From NCBI RefSeq assembly GCF_036387835.1, contig NZ_DASVSY010000065.1:12322-76321 (forward strand): DNA of 64,000 bases. The letters run 5' to 3'. Source of the stretch: Hymenobacter sp. (lineage in GTDB: Bacteria; Bacteroidota; Bacteroidia; Cytophagales; Hymenobacteraceae). This document shows positions 26,207 to 35,651 of this stretch, piece by piece; position 1 is the stretch's first letter; each line of letters starts with the position of its first letter. Under the pieces are notes generated by a model. The model did not search any database, had not been told where the DNA came from, and saw nothing but the letters and a program-made list of their open reading frames with translations. The position numbers and the translations under genes are program-made.

Positions 26207-26971
26207 TTACGGCCGTTGCCATAACACATAGCAGAGGGCGGCTGTACCAGCGCCCACAAGCGTGTTGAGGGTATTGACGGCATTGTTGGAGAGCACTCCT
26301 TTCCGCTCCAGCGTTGCGCCTAGTACGGAATCCGCCAGATTGCCAACGGCGCCTGCCAGTACGACCCACCCAAAACCCTGGTACCAGCCGAGCCCCAGGC
26401 AGTAAACGCTGGCAATCAAGGTGCTGCCAACCAGGCCAAGCGCAGTGCCCTCCACACTGATTACGCCGTCTCGGCCCCGTACATCGGGCCGGAACGTAAG
26501 AACATGATAGTAGCGGCGGCCATACACATTGCCTAACTCCGAGGAAAGCGTATCGGCGGTGGCGGCGGCCAGGCTGCCGGCTACCATAAGCTGAAAAAAC
26601 GGAGCGTGTGCCGGCAGCAGCCAACTCAATAAACCAGCGGTGCTGGCCACGCCCGCATTAGCTAACGCCTGATAGGCCGTGCGGCGCCCTTGGTTGGCCT
26701 CAGCTAATCCTAACCGTTGTTTGTCGGCACGTTTCCAGGCCGAGGCAGCCGAACCGAGTAGAAAAAATACGCCCAGCAGCGCCAGGCCAGTAAAGCCAGC
26801 CCCTAAAAAAAGCAGAACGCCTAATACTCCACCCGTGGCAGCACCCGGCACAGTCAGTTTTCCGGTCCGGACACTGAAGACCATGCCCGCGCCCAACACC
26901 AACAGCACGGCAAACCAAGACAACAACGACGGCAACGGAGCAAACACAGGCAGCAAAAACAAGAGCCGCAA
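26207..26971 (-). CDS. DUF92 (TMEM19-like) integral membrane protein
   Basis: 254-aa polytopic membrane ORF. GSAASAWKRADK, RRTAYQALANAGVAS and SSELGNVYG resemble DUF92 blocks. The track start is TTG, so the true start is uncertain. Confidence 0.6.
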   Translation of the reverse strand: MRLLFLLPVFAPLPSLLSWFAVLLVLGAGMVFSVRTGKLTVPGAATGGVLGVLLFLGAGFTGLALLGVFFLLGSAASAWKRADKQRLGLAEANQGRRTAYQALANAGVASTAGLLSWLLPAHAPFFQLMVAGSLAAATADTLSSELGNVYGRRYYHVLTFRPDVRGRDGVISVEGTALGLVGSTLIASVYCLGLGWYQGFGWVVLAGAVGNLADSVLGATLERKGVLSNNAVNTLNTLVGAGTAALCYVLWQRP

Positions 26972-27109
26972 GGTAGGAGATCGGCAGCTACCGAAGCAAT
27001 GAAGGCCAGTTATAAGGCAGGGTAGGGCAGGAGGCTGCTCCTAAGGCAAGCGTAATCTTGCCTGCTGCTTTGTTACCGCTTGAATACTTGATGTCAAGTA
27101 TTGTAGCAC

Positions 27110-28084
27110 CTACCTGTTCAATTGAGGCATGGCTGGTCGTGGTAGAGCGGGCCGAGCAAATAATACCAACAGAAGCCAAAAGAAAAGTGGCGTGATCACC
27201 TGAGACAAAGACGCGGAATAAGTAACCGCAATGAAATCATTCAGGGCAGCATTGTAGAGCACATCAAGGCGAGCGGCGCCAGCCTTGATTCTGTTGTAGT
27301 CGTCTTCGTCGATGGCAATAGCCCGCTGCTGCTTATTGAATACGAAGGTGGCCTCGTAGGTGCGCAGGCCCCAGTTACGATAGCTACGATGTTGCCGACT
27401 ACGACCGTATGCATGCCAGTCCGTGTCCACCACCGTCACTTCCATTTTCACGCCTTCACGCTTTAGTTGGTCGATATATTGATAGTACTTGAAAGCGTCG
27501 TAAGTGAAAAACAGGGCGCATGCGCCGAGCCCAACTACAAACAAACTTCGGGCAATAGAGTGAATGAATTGCAGGCCCGTAAGGCGCACCAGGATATTGG
27601 CCCCAATAAAAAACAAAGCCATAGCAAGCAACAGCACGAGCCCAAGGGCCTTGGTTTCCCGAGTGAAACTGGCCACCACAGTCCAGCGAAGCAAGCGGGA
27701 AGCCACCCGGTTATTGCTGGTAAGAGGCCCTTGTTGCAGTTGCCCAAACCGATTTGACTGCGGATGATACAGCAAAGTTACCCGGTCGCCCTCCGACAGC
27801 CAGACCGTGTCATTCACACAGCGGGTTTCGTAGGTGCGATTTTGGTAAGTGAAGCGTACATAAACGGCGTTGCCCAACGCATCCCACAGCGCCCGTTGGG
27901 AACGGTCAGCCTGCTTGATTTGCACGGTTACGGGTTTGCCCTGGCTTTCGAGTTGGCTTTGAAAGTGCTCTTCCTGGTAGAGATGCCACGCTAGTACCAA
28001 GGCCACCCCCAACAAACCAGTCAGCAGAAATGACCAGATCAGCGTGTACAACTCACCCAGGAAGCGAAAGAGTTGCCGAAACAT
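27110..28084 (-). CDS. membrane protein with two DUF3592-like modules
   Basis: 324 aa with an ATG start. Two repeats of a TM helix followed by a beta-rich segment (GKPVTVQIKQADRS..YVRFTYQNRTYETR and GVKMEVTVVDTDWH..YEATFVFNKQQ) are separated by TM helices. Confidence 0.5.
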   Translation of the reverse strand: MFRQLFRFLGELYTLIWSFLLTGLLGVALVLAWHLYQEEHFQSQLESQGKPVTVQIKQADRSQRALWDALGNAVYVRFTYQNRTYETRCVNDTVWLSEGDRVTLLYHPQSNRFGQLQQGPLTSNNRVASRLLRWTVVASFTRETKALGLVLLLAMALFFIGANILVRLTGLQFIHSIARSLFVVGLGACALFFTYDAFKYYQYIDQLKREGVKMEVTVVDTDWHAYGRSRQHRSYRNWGLRTYEATFVFNKQQRAIAIDEDDYNRIKAGAARLDVLYNAALNDFIAVTYSASLSQVITPLFFWLLLVLFARPALPRPAMPQLNR

Positions 28085-28566
28085 AGGACGTTGCAGAGTA
28101 TGATGTTTTTTCCTGCTTAGACGTGGTCAGTACCCACCAGCCTGAATTTCAACTTTGCCTTACAGCTACAGAAGCGAACGGTCTTGCTTGCTGGTTCAAG
28201 CAAAGAACAGGGCAGCAGTGGCCTAGAGAGATTCTCAACCAAAGATTAGGTAGCATAACGTTTGCCATTGTCGCGAAGGCTAAAGGCGAATACCATAGAA
28301 AGTGCGAAGCTTGCTCTAAAGCCTCCAGCGCTACCCTGCAAGAGCGGAGCAGCAAAACGATTAACTAAATATATGAAATTATATATAATTGAGCTAAGCC
28401 AGTAAGCATAAAGGCTGACTCAGCTAGCAAGAAAGAGCGTTGCTTTCTTGAGAAGCAACAGCGTTGCTTCTCAGACCCACATCATGGGTGCCGATAGGGT
28501 GAGGTCAAGCTACTCGCTTGCCTACGTGCGGTTTGTGATTGTAGTACTTGTCAACCAGCACGGGCT

Positions 28567-28731
28567 TCAATGCTCGGAAAAGTGATTCAGCAGTAGAACA
28601 TCTGGCAGCAAAGCAATTAAAACCAGCGTTTGCTTTAGCTGCTTGAAACTAAGCCGATAATAATAGCTGGATAAAAAAGCGCAGCCCCCGAGGGCCAAGC
28701 AGTAAGCCAACGCAATCAGGAGGCTTTTCAT
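28567..28731 (-). CDS. small putative lipoprotein (54 aa, below the ORF-track cutoff)
   Basis: Hand translation gives MKSLLIALAYCLALGGCAFLSSYYYRLSFKQLKQTLVLIALLPDVLLLNHFSEH with a good signal peptide and LGGC lipobox. It could be a gene remnant. Confidence 0.3.
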   Translation of the reverse strand: MKSLLIALAYCLALGGCAFLSSYYYRLSFKQLKQTLVLIALLPDVLLLNHFSEH

Positions 28732-28993
28732 CTCTTCGAACCATAAACTGTTACGCCTGAAGATAAAAGCGAGGGCTATGCCCGGACCTACTCCATTCAG
28801 ACCGAGCGTAAAGCGTATAGTTGGGTCCGTGGTCGTAGAAGTAAGGAAAAACTATAACTCAGGTAAGATGCACAAGATGCCTGGTTTGGTATCAGGCGGG
28901 TTAACAGCAACCAGTTAGCCGCATAAACATAGTTGCTACTGTTTTCTGCTTTATATACTTATATGATTGTCAGACAAGTATGCTGCTCGAACG

Positions 28994-29218
28994 TTAGTGA
29001 TTAGGCAGACGCTGTGATTGTAGGCGAACAACTTGGTCCAGAGTTAATTCACCGCGCACGTAGCGCTGAAGCAAGTCTAGGGTTGCCAGACTGACTTGTG
29101 GTATTCCAGCGTCGGCAATGCCCACCAGGGTTTCGGCTTTCCTAAGCCGCTGAAGCCAATGCTCTTTCTCGCTCGATGAAAGCATAGCCGGTGGAGTTTG
29201 GAAGTATAACGGGTTCAT
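28994..29218 (-). CDS. VbhA-like antitoxin-domain protein (orphan)
   Basis: The ATG is at 29218. AETLVGIADAGIPQVSLATLDLLQRYVRGELTLDQVV resembles the VbhA/FicA antitoxin motif (S.rlEG....e...ll.ryv.GEit.de). Confidence 0.5.
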   Translation of the reverse strand: MNPLYFQTPPAMLSSSEKEHWLQRLRKAETLVGIADAGIPQVSLATLDLLQRYVRGELTLDQVVRLQSQRLPNH

Positions 29219-29550
29219 CGGCCGGTAGAGTGCAATAGAATTTCTGTGCTTTTTATAAAGATAAAACATCTAATAACAGTCTCCGTAGCTATTAAAGGTA
29301 GTTTTTAGCTTATTTATCAAACTAAATTTTAAGGCAACAAAATAGTATTTGAATGATATTTAGTAATAAATAGAGATGCCTCGCTGGCTATAGTTGAGGT
29401 CTATATTCACCGCTGCAAATCCCTTGCCATTAGGTTATGGATGGTTTCCACGTATTGAAAGCTGTTCTATAAAATATAGCCAAACCTAGTTGAGTGCTCA
29501 ACCATAAATAAGCGGTTGCCTGCCACGCGTTCTGGCCTTTAAGGCTTGCC

Positions 29551-30648
29551 TTAAGTGCTTGGTGGGGTAGAAGCAGGCAATTTCACCGTAAACGTGCTCC
29601 CCTTGCCCTCCGTGCTTACTACCGTGAGCGTGCCCTTGTGGAGAGATACAATGGTTTTACACAACGACAAGCCGAGACCAGTAGTAGGCTCACCCCGTAG
29701 GCCAGGGCGCCGCGCCTGCGTGAATCGCTCGAACAAGTGCGGCATTAGCGGCGCGGGAACACCAATACCGGTGTCGGTTACGGAGATGAGTGCGCCATCG
29801 GGCACCGACTCCACCCGTACTGAAATGAGGCCTTCGTCAGGCGTGAATTTGATGGCGTTGCCTACCAAATTCAAGACAACTTGCATAAGCTTGCTGGTGT
29901 CTACGTCGGCATAGACTGGTTCGGGGGCTAGTTCCAGGCGGAGCTGCTGGGCTTCTTGGCCCGCTAGTCGCTGCAGCGGCTCCAGGCTTTGCTGCACTTT
30001 TTCGCGCAAGTCTACCCGCTCCCGCTTCAGGGGAATGGATGCTGATTCCAGAAACTCCTGATCCACTAAGTCCCGGATAAGTTGCAGTCCGCGCTGACTG
30101 GTGCTTTGCATTAGGTGCAGCATCTCGTTTAACTGCGGATGTGTTTGGGCGCTAACTTCTTCGCGCACGTAGCCCGCCAGCTGCTGCAGCGAGACGAATG
30201 CTCCGGCCAGGTCGTGCGCTAGAATCTCGAGCACAGTGTTTTTCTTATTGCTGAATTTGAGGCTGGTTTGTTGATAGCGCTTGCCCGTCGTGATATCGCG
30301 CAGAGTGCCCCCGAGCCGCACATTGCCTTCAGTATCTTTTTCCCAACTAGGCATCAGGCACAGCCACTGATCGGGTTTGCCTGGCCGAAGTAGGCGCACC
30401 TCCACTTCATCGGAGAGCCGGCCCTGTTGCCAGAGTTGCCAGCAGCGACGCAGCCACGGCAGATCGTCGGGGGGGAGGTGGGCCAGCAGGGCGGGTAGTT
30501 CCTCGTTGACCTGCGCCTTCTTTCCGTGCAGTACCCGATCATAGGCTTCATTCACATACTCAACGCGCTGGTCTTTCAGATTGTAGATGAAGTGAACCTG
30601 AGAACTAGCTTCTGCTTGACTTAGGAAAAACGCGGCGGGATTCAACAT
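29551..30648 (-). CDS. PAS domain-containing sensor histidine kinase (cytoplasmic)
   Basis: 365 aa. An N-terminal PAS-like region is followed by the H-box LEILAHDLAGAF and then HATPase_c N/G boxes LNLVGNAIKFT, DTGIGV and GLGLSLCK. Confidence 0.85.
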   Translation of the reverse strand: MLNPAAFFLSQAEASSQVHFIYNLKDQRVEYVNEAYDRVLHGKKAQVNEELPALLAHLPPDDLPWLRRCWQLWQQGRLSDEVEVRLLRPGKPDQWLCLMPSWEKDTEGNVRLGGTLRDITTGKRYQQTSLKFSNKKNTVLEILAHDLAGAFVSLQQLAGYVREEVSAQTHPQLNEMLHLMQSTSQRGLQLIRDLVDQEFLESASIPLKRERVDLREKVQQSLEPLQRLAGQEAQQLRLELAPEPVYADVDTSKLMQVVLNLVGNAIKFTPDEGLISVRVESVPDGALISVTDTGIGVPAPLMPHLFERFTQARRPGLRGEPTTGLGLSLCKTIVSLHKGTLTVVSTEGKGSTFTVKLPASTPPST

Positions 30649-30730
30649 TGCGCAAGAGGTAGGAAGAGAAACACTAGAGCGATAGACCGTTGGCTCATTG
30701 ACTTGGTTAAATCATGTAACCCGGCCTCGT

Positions 30731-30808
30731 AAAATTGTACAGCCGGTGTATACGCTTTTAGGAGGCCAAACGACTTACTAAAAGCGTATACACCGGCTGT
30801 ACAATTTT
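30731..30808. repeat. 30-bp perfect inverted repeat (hairpin) in an intergenic region
   Basis: AAAATTGTACAGCCGGTGTATACGCTTTTA (30731-60) pairs with TAAAAGCGTATACACCGGCTGTACAATTTT (30779-808) across an 18-nt loop. It lies between the kinase start and the upstream gene's stop. Confidence 0.7.
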
Positions 30809-31198
30809 AGGGTAGAACTACCCGCTATACGGTATGCAATGCTAAATTTCTGGCTTCCTGACTGTTGCTGCCCTTTGCAACCACTTTTGGCTTGATTTCA
30901 ACTCCTTTCAGGTGGTTGACTACGACACGCGACGGGTCTCAGGTAGTAAGGTGAACATGACCCTCATCTACGTCAGTTATCGCTCTTTAAAAGCCTTGCT
31001 GCGCGGCAAAACCACAATGCCGACGGTAACTTTCCGAAGCGCTGATGTAAAAAAAGCAGGCTAAAGTTGATTATACGGTTACTGTAAGGTGTGTTTGATA
31101 GGTCGTGTGTGGGTTACAGTTTGTACATCAAGTGCCGTATACCATGCTTTATGCGGAGAACAACTGGTCTGATCTTGGCACGACTTGCGGCAATTAGC

Positions 31199-33664
31199 TT
31201 ATTCATCGTCGTCATCGTCGTCCTTGCGCTTTTGCTCTAGCTGCAGGAAGGCGCCCCGGCGAGGAGCTGGTGCCACGGCATTCTCGCCTTTGATGGCCTT
31301 CCAAATCACTTCGTTCAGCTCTAGGTCCGGAATGGCATCCTCATTGGCTAGGTTGAAGTGCTCCGACTTCTCGGCGCTTTTGTTCCAGGCCACGTTGCGG
31401 GCATTTAAATCCACCTGGGGGGCTTTGGCTTGGTAAGGCGTCAGGGTGGGCATGGGAGCGAAGCAGTCGAAGAGGGGCAGGGCCGCGGCATCATACTGGC
31501 TCATGGGCGGCAAACCTAGAATCAGCTCCATAGTACGCAGCACTCCCGAGGTGGAATAAAGGGTGTGGTTGACGCTGCCTCGGCGCGTGTAAGGGCTAAT
31601 GATGAAGGCAGGCGAGCGGTGAGCGTCTACGTGGTCGGGACCGTTCTGCGCATCGTCTTCCAGCACAAACACCGCCGACTCCTTCCAGATGGCACTTTTC
31701 GACAAGTGCTCTACTAGTTGGCCAAGGGCGAGGTCGTTATCGGCCACGGCGGCGATGGGCGTGTACTTGCCCCGGCGCTGGCCGCTGGTGTGGTCGTTGC
31801 TGAGGCGAATGGTGCTGAATTGCGGAACAGCATTGCGGGCCAGCAGTGAATCGAAATCTTGCTTCCAGATCCGGACCCGCTCCACGTCCTGGATGTCCAT
31901 GTTGAAGCCAGGCGACTTCGGGCAGATGTGGTTTTCCAGCGACTTTAGGGTGGCTTTGCCCTCGTCGGCAAACTCGCCGTAGCTGCGGTAGCTCAGGCCG
32001 GCCCGCTGGCAATAGTCCCAGATGTAGCCGTCGCGGGGGTAGGCTATTTTGCGGCTGCCCTCGTAGTCGTAGGTGCCGCCGCGGCTGCCGTAGCTGGTGG
32101 GCCAGGTTTTTTCGGTGTAGTCGGTGGCGTAGGCGGCCATGCTCCAGTTGTGGCCGTCGGCGCTTACTTCGGCATTCACATAGAAATTGTCGAGCAGCAC
32201 AAACTCGCGGGCCAGCGCGTGGTGGTTGGGCGTCACTTTCTCGGGGAACACGCACAGCGACGAATCGCCGTTGCCTTCAAGCATATCACCTAGAATCTGG
32301 TCGTAGGTGCGGTTTTCCTTGATGATGTAGAACACGTACTTGATGGGTGACTTTTCCCCGGTTCGCTGCGGAATTGGGTTACCGGCTTCCCGTTTCCCGG
32401 TGGCTTCTATTTGCCCCGTGAAGGGCGTGTTGGCATACACTTGCTTGGAGTAAGTGTTCAGCTGCGCTTCGTCGGGCTGGTTGATAAACGACAAGGTACC
32501 CTTGAACAGGCCGCCGATGTACTGCACCTCCTGCTGCCCGGTGACGCCCGCGTGCGAACCGCTATTATCGGTTTTCTTGACCGGTTGCGGGCCCGCCGGA
32601 TTCGGCAAAGAGGAAAAGCCCTTCCCGTTGGCAACCAGAATTTTGCGTCCCAACGTTTTCACGCTGGTAGGGTACCAGCCCGTTGGAATAAAGCCTCGGG
32701 ACGAGCTTTTTCCGGGGGTAGCTACATTGAATACGGCCAAGCAATTGTTGTCGGCGTTGGCGATGTACAGCGTTTTCTCATCGGGCGATAGTGCCAGCGC
32801 GTTGGTGGTCGAGCCGGTTAGCTTGGTTGGGTACAGTGCCGTGGAAATCACTTCCAGCACCTTGCGGGCGCGGGTGTCGATCAGCGAAACCGAGTTGTCG
32901 TTGGCGTTGGCCACGAACAAGTAACGGCCGTTATGGGTCTGGATCAGCTCGTTGGGGTGGCTTTCGGTGGCAACTTCACCGGTTAGCTGTCCTGTTTGGG
33001 TGTTGTAGACAGCCACTTTATCGCCGCCCCAGAGGGATACGTAGAGCGTCTTCTTGTCGGGGGAGAGTAGGCAGCCGTAGGCTTCGTGCCCGAGCGCCAC
33101 CTTCTTCACTGTGGTTTTCGAGCGGGTGTCGACTACATAGAGCGAGTTGTCTTCCTTGGTAACCACGTACAGCCGGTGCTGCTTGTCGTCGAGCGCAAGG
33201 CCGGTGGGGCTGATCTTCTCTTTGGGCCAGGCTTTACCCAGCCGCAGCGTGTCGGGCTGACCGAGCTTGTTGCCTGCCGTGCCGTACACGAGAATAACGT
33301 TATCGTTGCCCCCGGAGGCGTAAAGCTGCTTGCCGTCGGCGCTGAACTTGAGCCCGTACCAGGACTTGGCAATAGCCTTTTCATCGAGCACCTTTTCGGT
33401 ATTCGGATCGATCAGCTGGATGGTTTGCTGACTCTGGCCGTTGTTGGTAACGGCCAGCAGCTTGGCGTTGGCCGATAACTGCATGTTCAGCGGCAAATCG
33501 CCCAAGGGCAAGGATGAAGTACCCGCCGGGCTCAACGACCAGCCGTTGGGCAGCAGCACCCGGCTGGCTGGTTTGTTGGTGGGCAGCTGCGCCTGGGCGC
33601 TGTCAATAAAAAGAGTAGCGCTTGTCAACCAACATCCAACCAACAATTTATGAGCAGTACGCAT
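31199..33664 (-). CDS. bifunctional YncE-like beta-propeller / phosphoesterase (PLC-AcpA family) protein, secreted
   Basis: The ATG at 33664 gives the signal peptide MRTAHKLLVGCWLTSATLFIDSAQA. The N-terminal half has YVTN-type repeats (LYVSLWGGDKVAVYN, LFVANANDNSVSLID, LYIANADNNCLAVFN). The C-terminal half has IIKENRTYDQILGD and the DGPDHVD motif of the phosphoesterase family. The protein ends in an acidic tail KRKDDDDDDE. Confidence 0.8.
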   Translation of the reverse strand: MRTAHKLLVGCWLTSATLFIDSAQAQLPTNKPASRVLLPNGWSLSPAGTSSLPLGDLPLNMQLSANAKLLAVTNNGQSQQTIQLIDPNTEKVLDEKAIAKSWYGLKFSADGKQLYASGGNDNVILVYGTAGNKLGQPDTLRLGKAWPKEKISPTGLALDDKQHRLYVVTKEDNSLYVVDTRSKTTVKKVALGHEAYGCLLSPDKKTLYVSLWGGDKVAVYNTQTGQLTGEVATESHPNELIQTHNGRYLFVANANDNSVSLIDTRARKVLEVISTALYPTKLTGSTTNALALSPDEKTLYIANADNNCLAVFNVATPGKSSSRGFIPTGWYPTSVKTLGRKILVANGKGFSSLPNPAGPQPVKKTDNSGSHAGVTGQQEVQYIGGLFKGTLSFINQPDEAQLNTYSKQVYANTPFTGQIEATGKREAGNPIPQRTGEKSPIKYVFYIIKENRTYDQILGDMLEGNGDSSLCVFPEKVTPNHHALAREFVLLDNFYVNAEVSADGHNWSMAAYATDYTEKTWPTSYGSRGGTYDYEGSRKIAYPRDGYIWDYCQRAGLSYRSYGEFADEGKATLKSLENHICPKSPGFNMDIQDVERVRIWKQDFDSLLARNAVPQFSTIRLSNDHTSGQRRGKYTPIAAVADNDLALGQLVEHLSKSAIWKESAVFVLEDDAQNGPDHVDAHRSPAFIISPYTRRGSVNHTLYSTSGVLRTMELILGLPPMSQYDAAALPLFDCFAPMPTLTPYQAKAPQVDLNARNVAWNKSAEKSEHFNLANEDAIPDLELNEVIWKAIKGENAVAPAPRRGAFLQLEQKRKDDDDDDE

Positions 33665-34115
33665 GGAAAAATTGATTCTAAAGTGCTTGAAAAACGTGGA
33701 AAGGCGTTTGCCGGAACGCAAGTAAACGGCTTCATTTAATGCCCAACCCTAAACAGGATGCTAGCGCCTAACGAAGGCAGCGGCTAATTAACCCAAAGCT
33801 AGCGTCGCGAATCTATCCAGCTATTCATTGGGAAGTTACTATTGTGTTATGCGTCACAAGTAGCAATTTATAAGGCAGTTACAGGCCAGCTGCATTCTGT
33901 TGTCCCGACATGCCGCGCCTCAAGCGGCGAGGGGAACCAGAGTACAATCGTTGTAACAGTTTCACCCAGATTCCGCCGGCATTGGAATGAGATTCAGTAT
34001 CCAATAAACGCTCAGTGGAAGCAGGAGAGATGATGCAGTTTCAGCCGCAAAGACAAAGTGGGACAAATCCGTATCTTTTCGTCGCACTCATCCTACCCAT
34101 TCTTTCTAAACTGCT

Positions 34116-35564
34116 ATGAGCAAGACTCCTGATTCCCCGTCCCGCCGCGAGTTTATCAAGCAAAGTGCCGTGGCCGCGGCCACCTTCATGATTGTGCCGC
34201 GCTTCGTGCTCGGGGGCAAAGGCTACACCGCCCCGAGCGACCAGCTGGTGGTAGCCGGCGTAGGGGTAGGAGGTAAGGGTGAGAGCGACATAGCGGCCTT
34301 CGCCAAAACCGGTAAAGCCCGGATGGGCTACCTCTGCGACGTGGACGACCGCCGGGCCGCGAAATCGGTGCAGGCTTTTCCACAGGCCAAGTACTACAAA
34401 GACTGGCGGCAGATGCTCGACAAGGAAGGCAAGAGTATCGACGCCGTATCCGTCTCGACCCCCGACCATAACCACGCCGTAGTGGCCCTGGCGGCCATGC
34501 AGCTCGGCAAGCACGTGTACGTGCAAAAGCCTCTCACCCACGACCTATTTGAAGCCCGCGCCCTGACCGAGGCCGCCAAACGCTACAAGGTGGTGACGCA
34601 AATGGGAAACCAGGGCGCTTCCAACGACGGCGTGCGGCAATTGCGAGAGTGGTACGACGCCAAGATTATCGGCGACGTGCACACGGTATACTGCTGGACC
34701 GACCGGCCCGTTTGGCCCCAAGGCATTGCCTGGCCTACCACCAAAGCCAGCACCCCAACCGAGCTGGATTGGGACCTATGGCTCGGCACGGCGCCCTACA
34801 AAGAGTACATCGACAAGCTGGTGCCCTTCAACTGGCGCGGTTGGTGGGACTACGGCACCGGCGCCCTCGGCGACATGGGTTGCCACCTGCTCGAAGCTCC
34901 TTTCCGCGTCCTGGACCTGCAATACGCCAAGTCCGTGCAAGCCAGCGTGGGCAGCGTGTACGTCGATGAGTTCAAACGCGGTTACTTCCCCGAGAGTTGT
35001 CCGCCCTCCAGCCACGTCACGCTCACCTTCCCGAAAACCAACAAAACCAAAGGCGAAGTAACCTTGCACTGGATGGACGGTGGCATTCAGCCCGAACGTC
35101 CCGACGAGCTAGGCCCCAACGAAGTATTCGGCGACGGGGGCAACGGCATCCTCTTCGTGGGCAAGAAAGGCAAGATGATGGCCAGTACCTACTCCGCCGA
35201 CCCCCGCTTGCTGCCGACCTCGCGCACCCAGGAAGTGAAAGTGAAGCAGACGTTGGCGCGCGTGCCGCAGGGGGCCAACGGCCACTACGGCCAATGGGTG
35301 GAAGCCTGCTTGGCCGGCTACGGCAACAAGGAAGTGAGTTCGCCTTTCGAGCTGGCGGGTCCGCTCACCGAAGCGCTGCTCATGGCCAATCTGGCCATCC
35401 GGGGCTATGATCTGCAACGCCCCAACACCTCGGGCAAGGGCATGATTTATCCCGGTCGTGGCATCGAACTGCTGTGGGATAATCAGCAGATGAAAATCAC
35501 CAATCTGGATGAAGTCAACCAATTCGTGAAGCGCGAGTACCGCCAAGGCTGGCATTTAGGATAG
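34116..35564 (+). CDS. Gfo/Idh/MocA family oxidoreductase with a Tat signal
   Basis: 482 aa. It has a twin-arginine leader SRREFIKQSAVAAATF, a Rossmann motif VAGVGVGGKG and VSTPDHNHA. Confidence 0.85.
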   Translation: MSKTPDSPSRREFIKQSAVAAATFMIVPRFVLGGKGYTAPSDQLVVAGVGVGGKGESDIAAFAKTGKARMGYLCDVDDRRAAKSVQAFPQAKYYKDWRQMLDKEGKSIDAVSVSTPDHNHAVVALAAMQLGKHVYVQKPLTHDLFEARALTEAAKRYKVVTQMGNQGASNDGVRQLREWYDAKIIGDVHTVYCWTDRPVWPQGIAWPTTKASTPTELDWDLWLGTAPYKEYIDKLVPFNWRGWWDYGTGALGDMGCHLLEAPFRVLDLQYAKSVQASVGSVYVDEFKRGYFPESCPPSSHVTLTFPKTNKTKGEVTLHWMDGGIQPERPDELGPNEVFGDGGNGILFVGKKGKMMASTYSADPRLLPTSRTQEVKVKQTLARVPQGANGHYGQWVEACLAGYGNKEVSSPFELAGPLTEALLMANLAIRGYDLQRPNTSGKGMIYPGRGIELLWDNQQMKITNLDEVNQFVKREYRQGWHLG

Positions 35565-35651
35565 GCTTGTCAGGGCATGCATGGTCTTACGGTTGTTTCA
35601 GTGGCTGAAGCACGAAGCGCAACGCCTGCGCTTTGCGCTTCAGCCTGCTTG

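Noticed and set aside
26148-26624. 158-aa minus-strand ORF overlapping the DUF92 gene
   Set aside because: It is an alternative frame of the same strand with an Arg/Gly/Pro-rich translation. The 26207-26971 frame gives a coherent polytopic membrane protein.
31199-31231. Poly-Asp C-terminal tail (DDDDDDE) of the phosphoesterase fusion as a separate feature
   Set aside because: It is a real low-complexity coding tail, but a short acidic tail alone supports no functional claim. It is noted in the feature evidence only.
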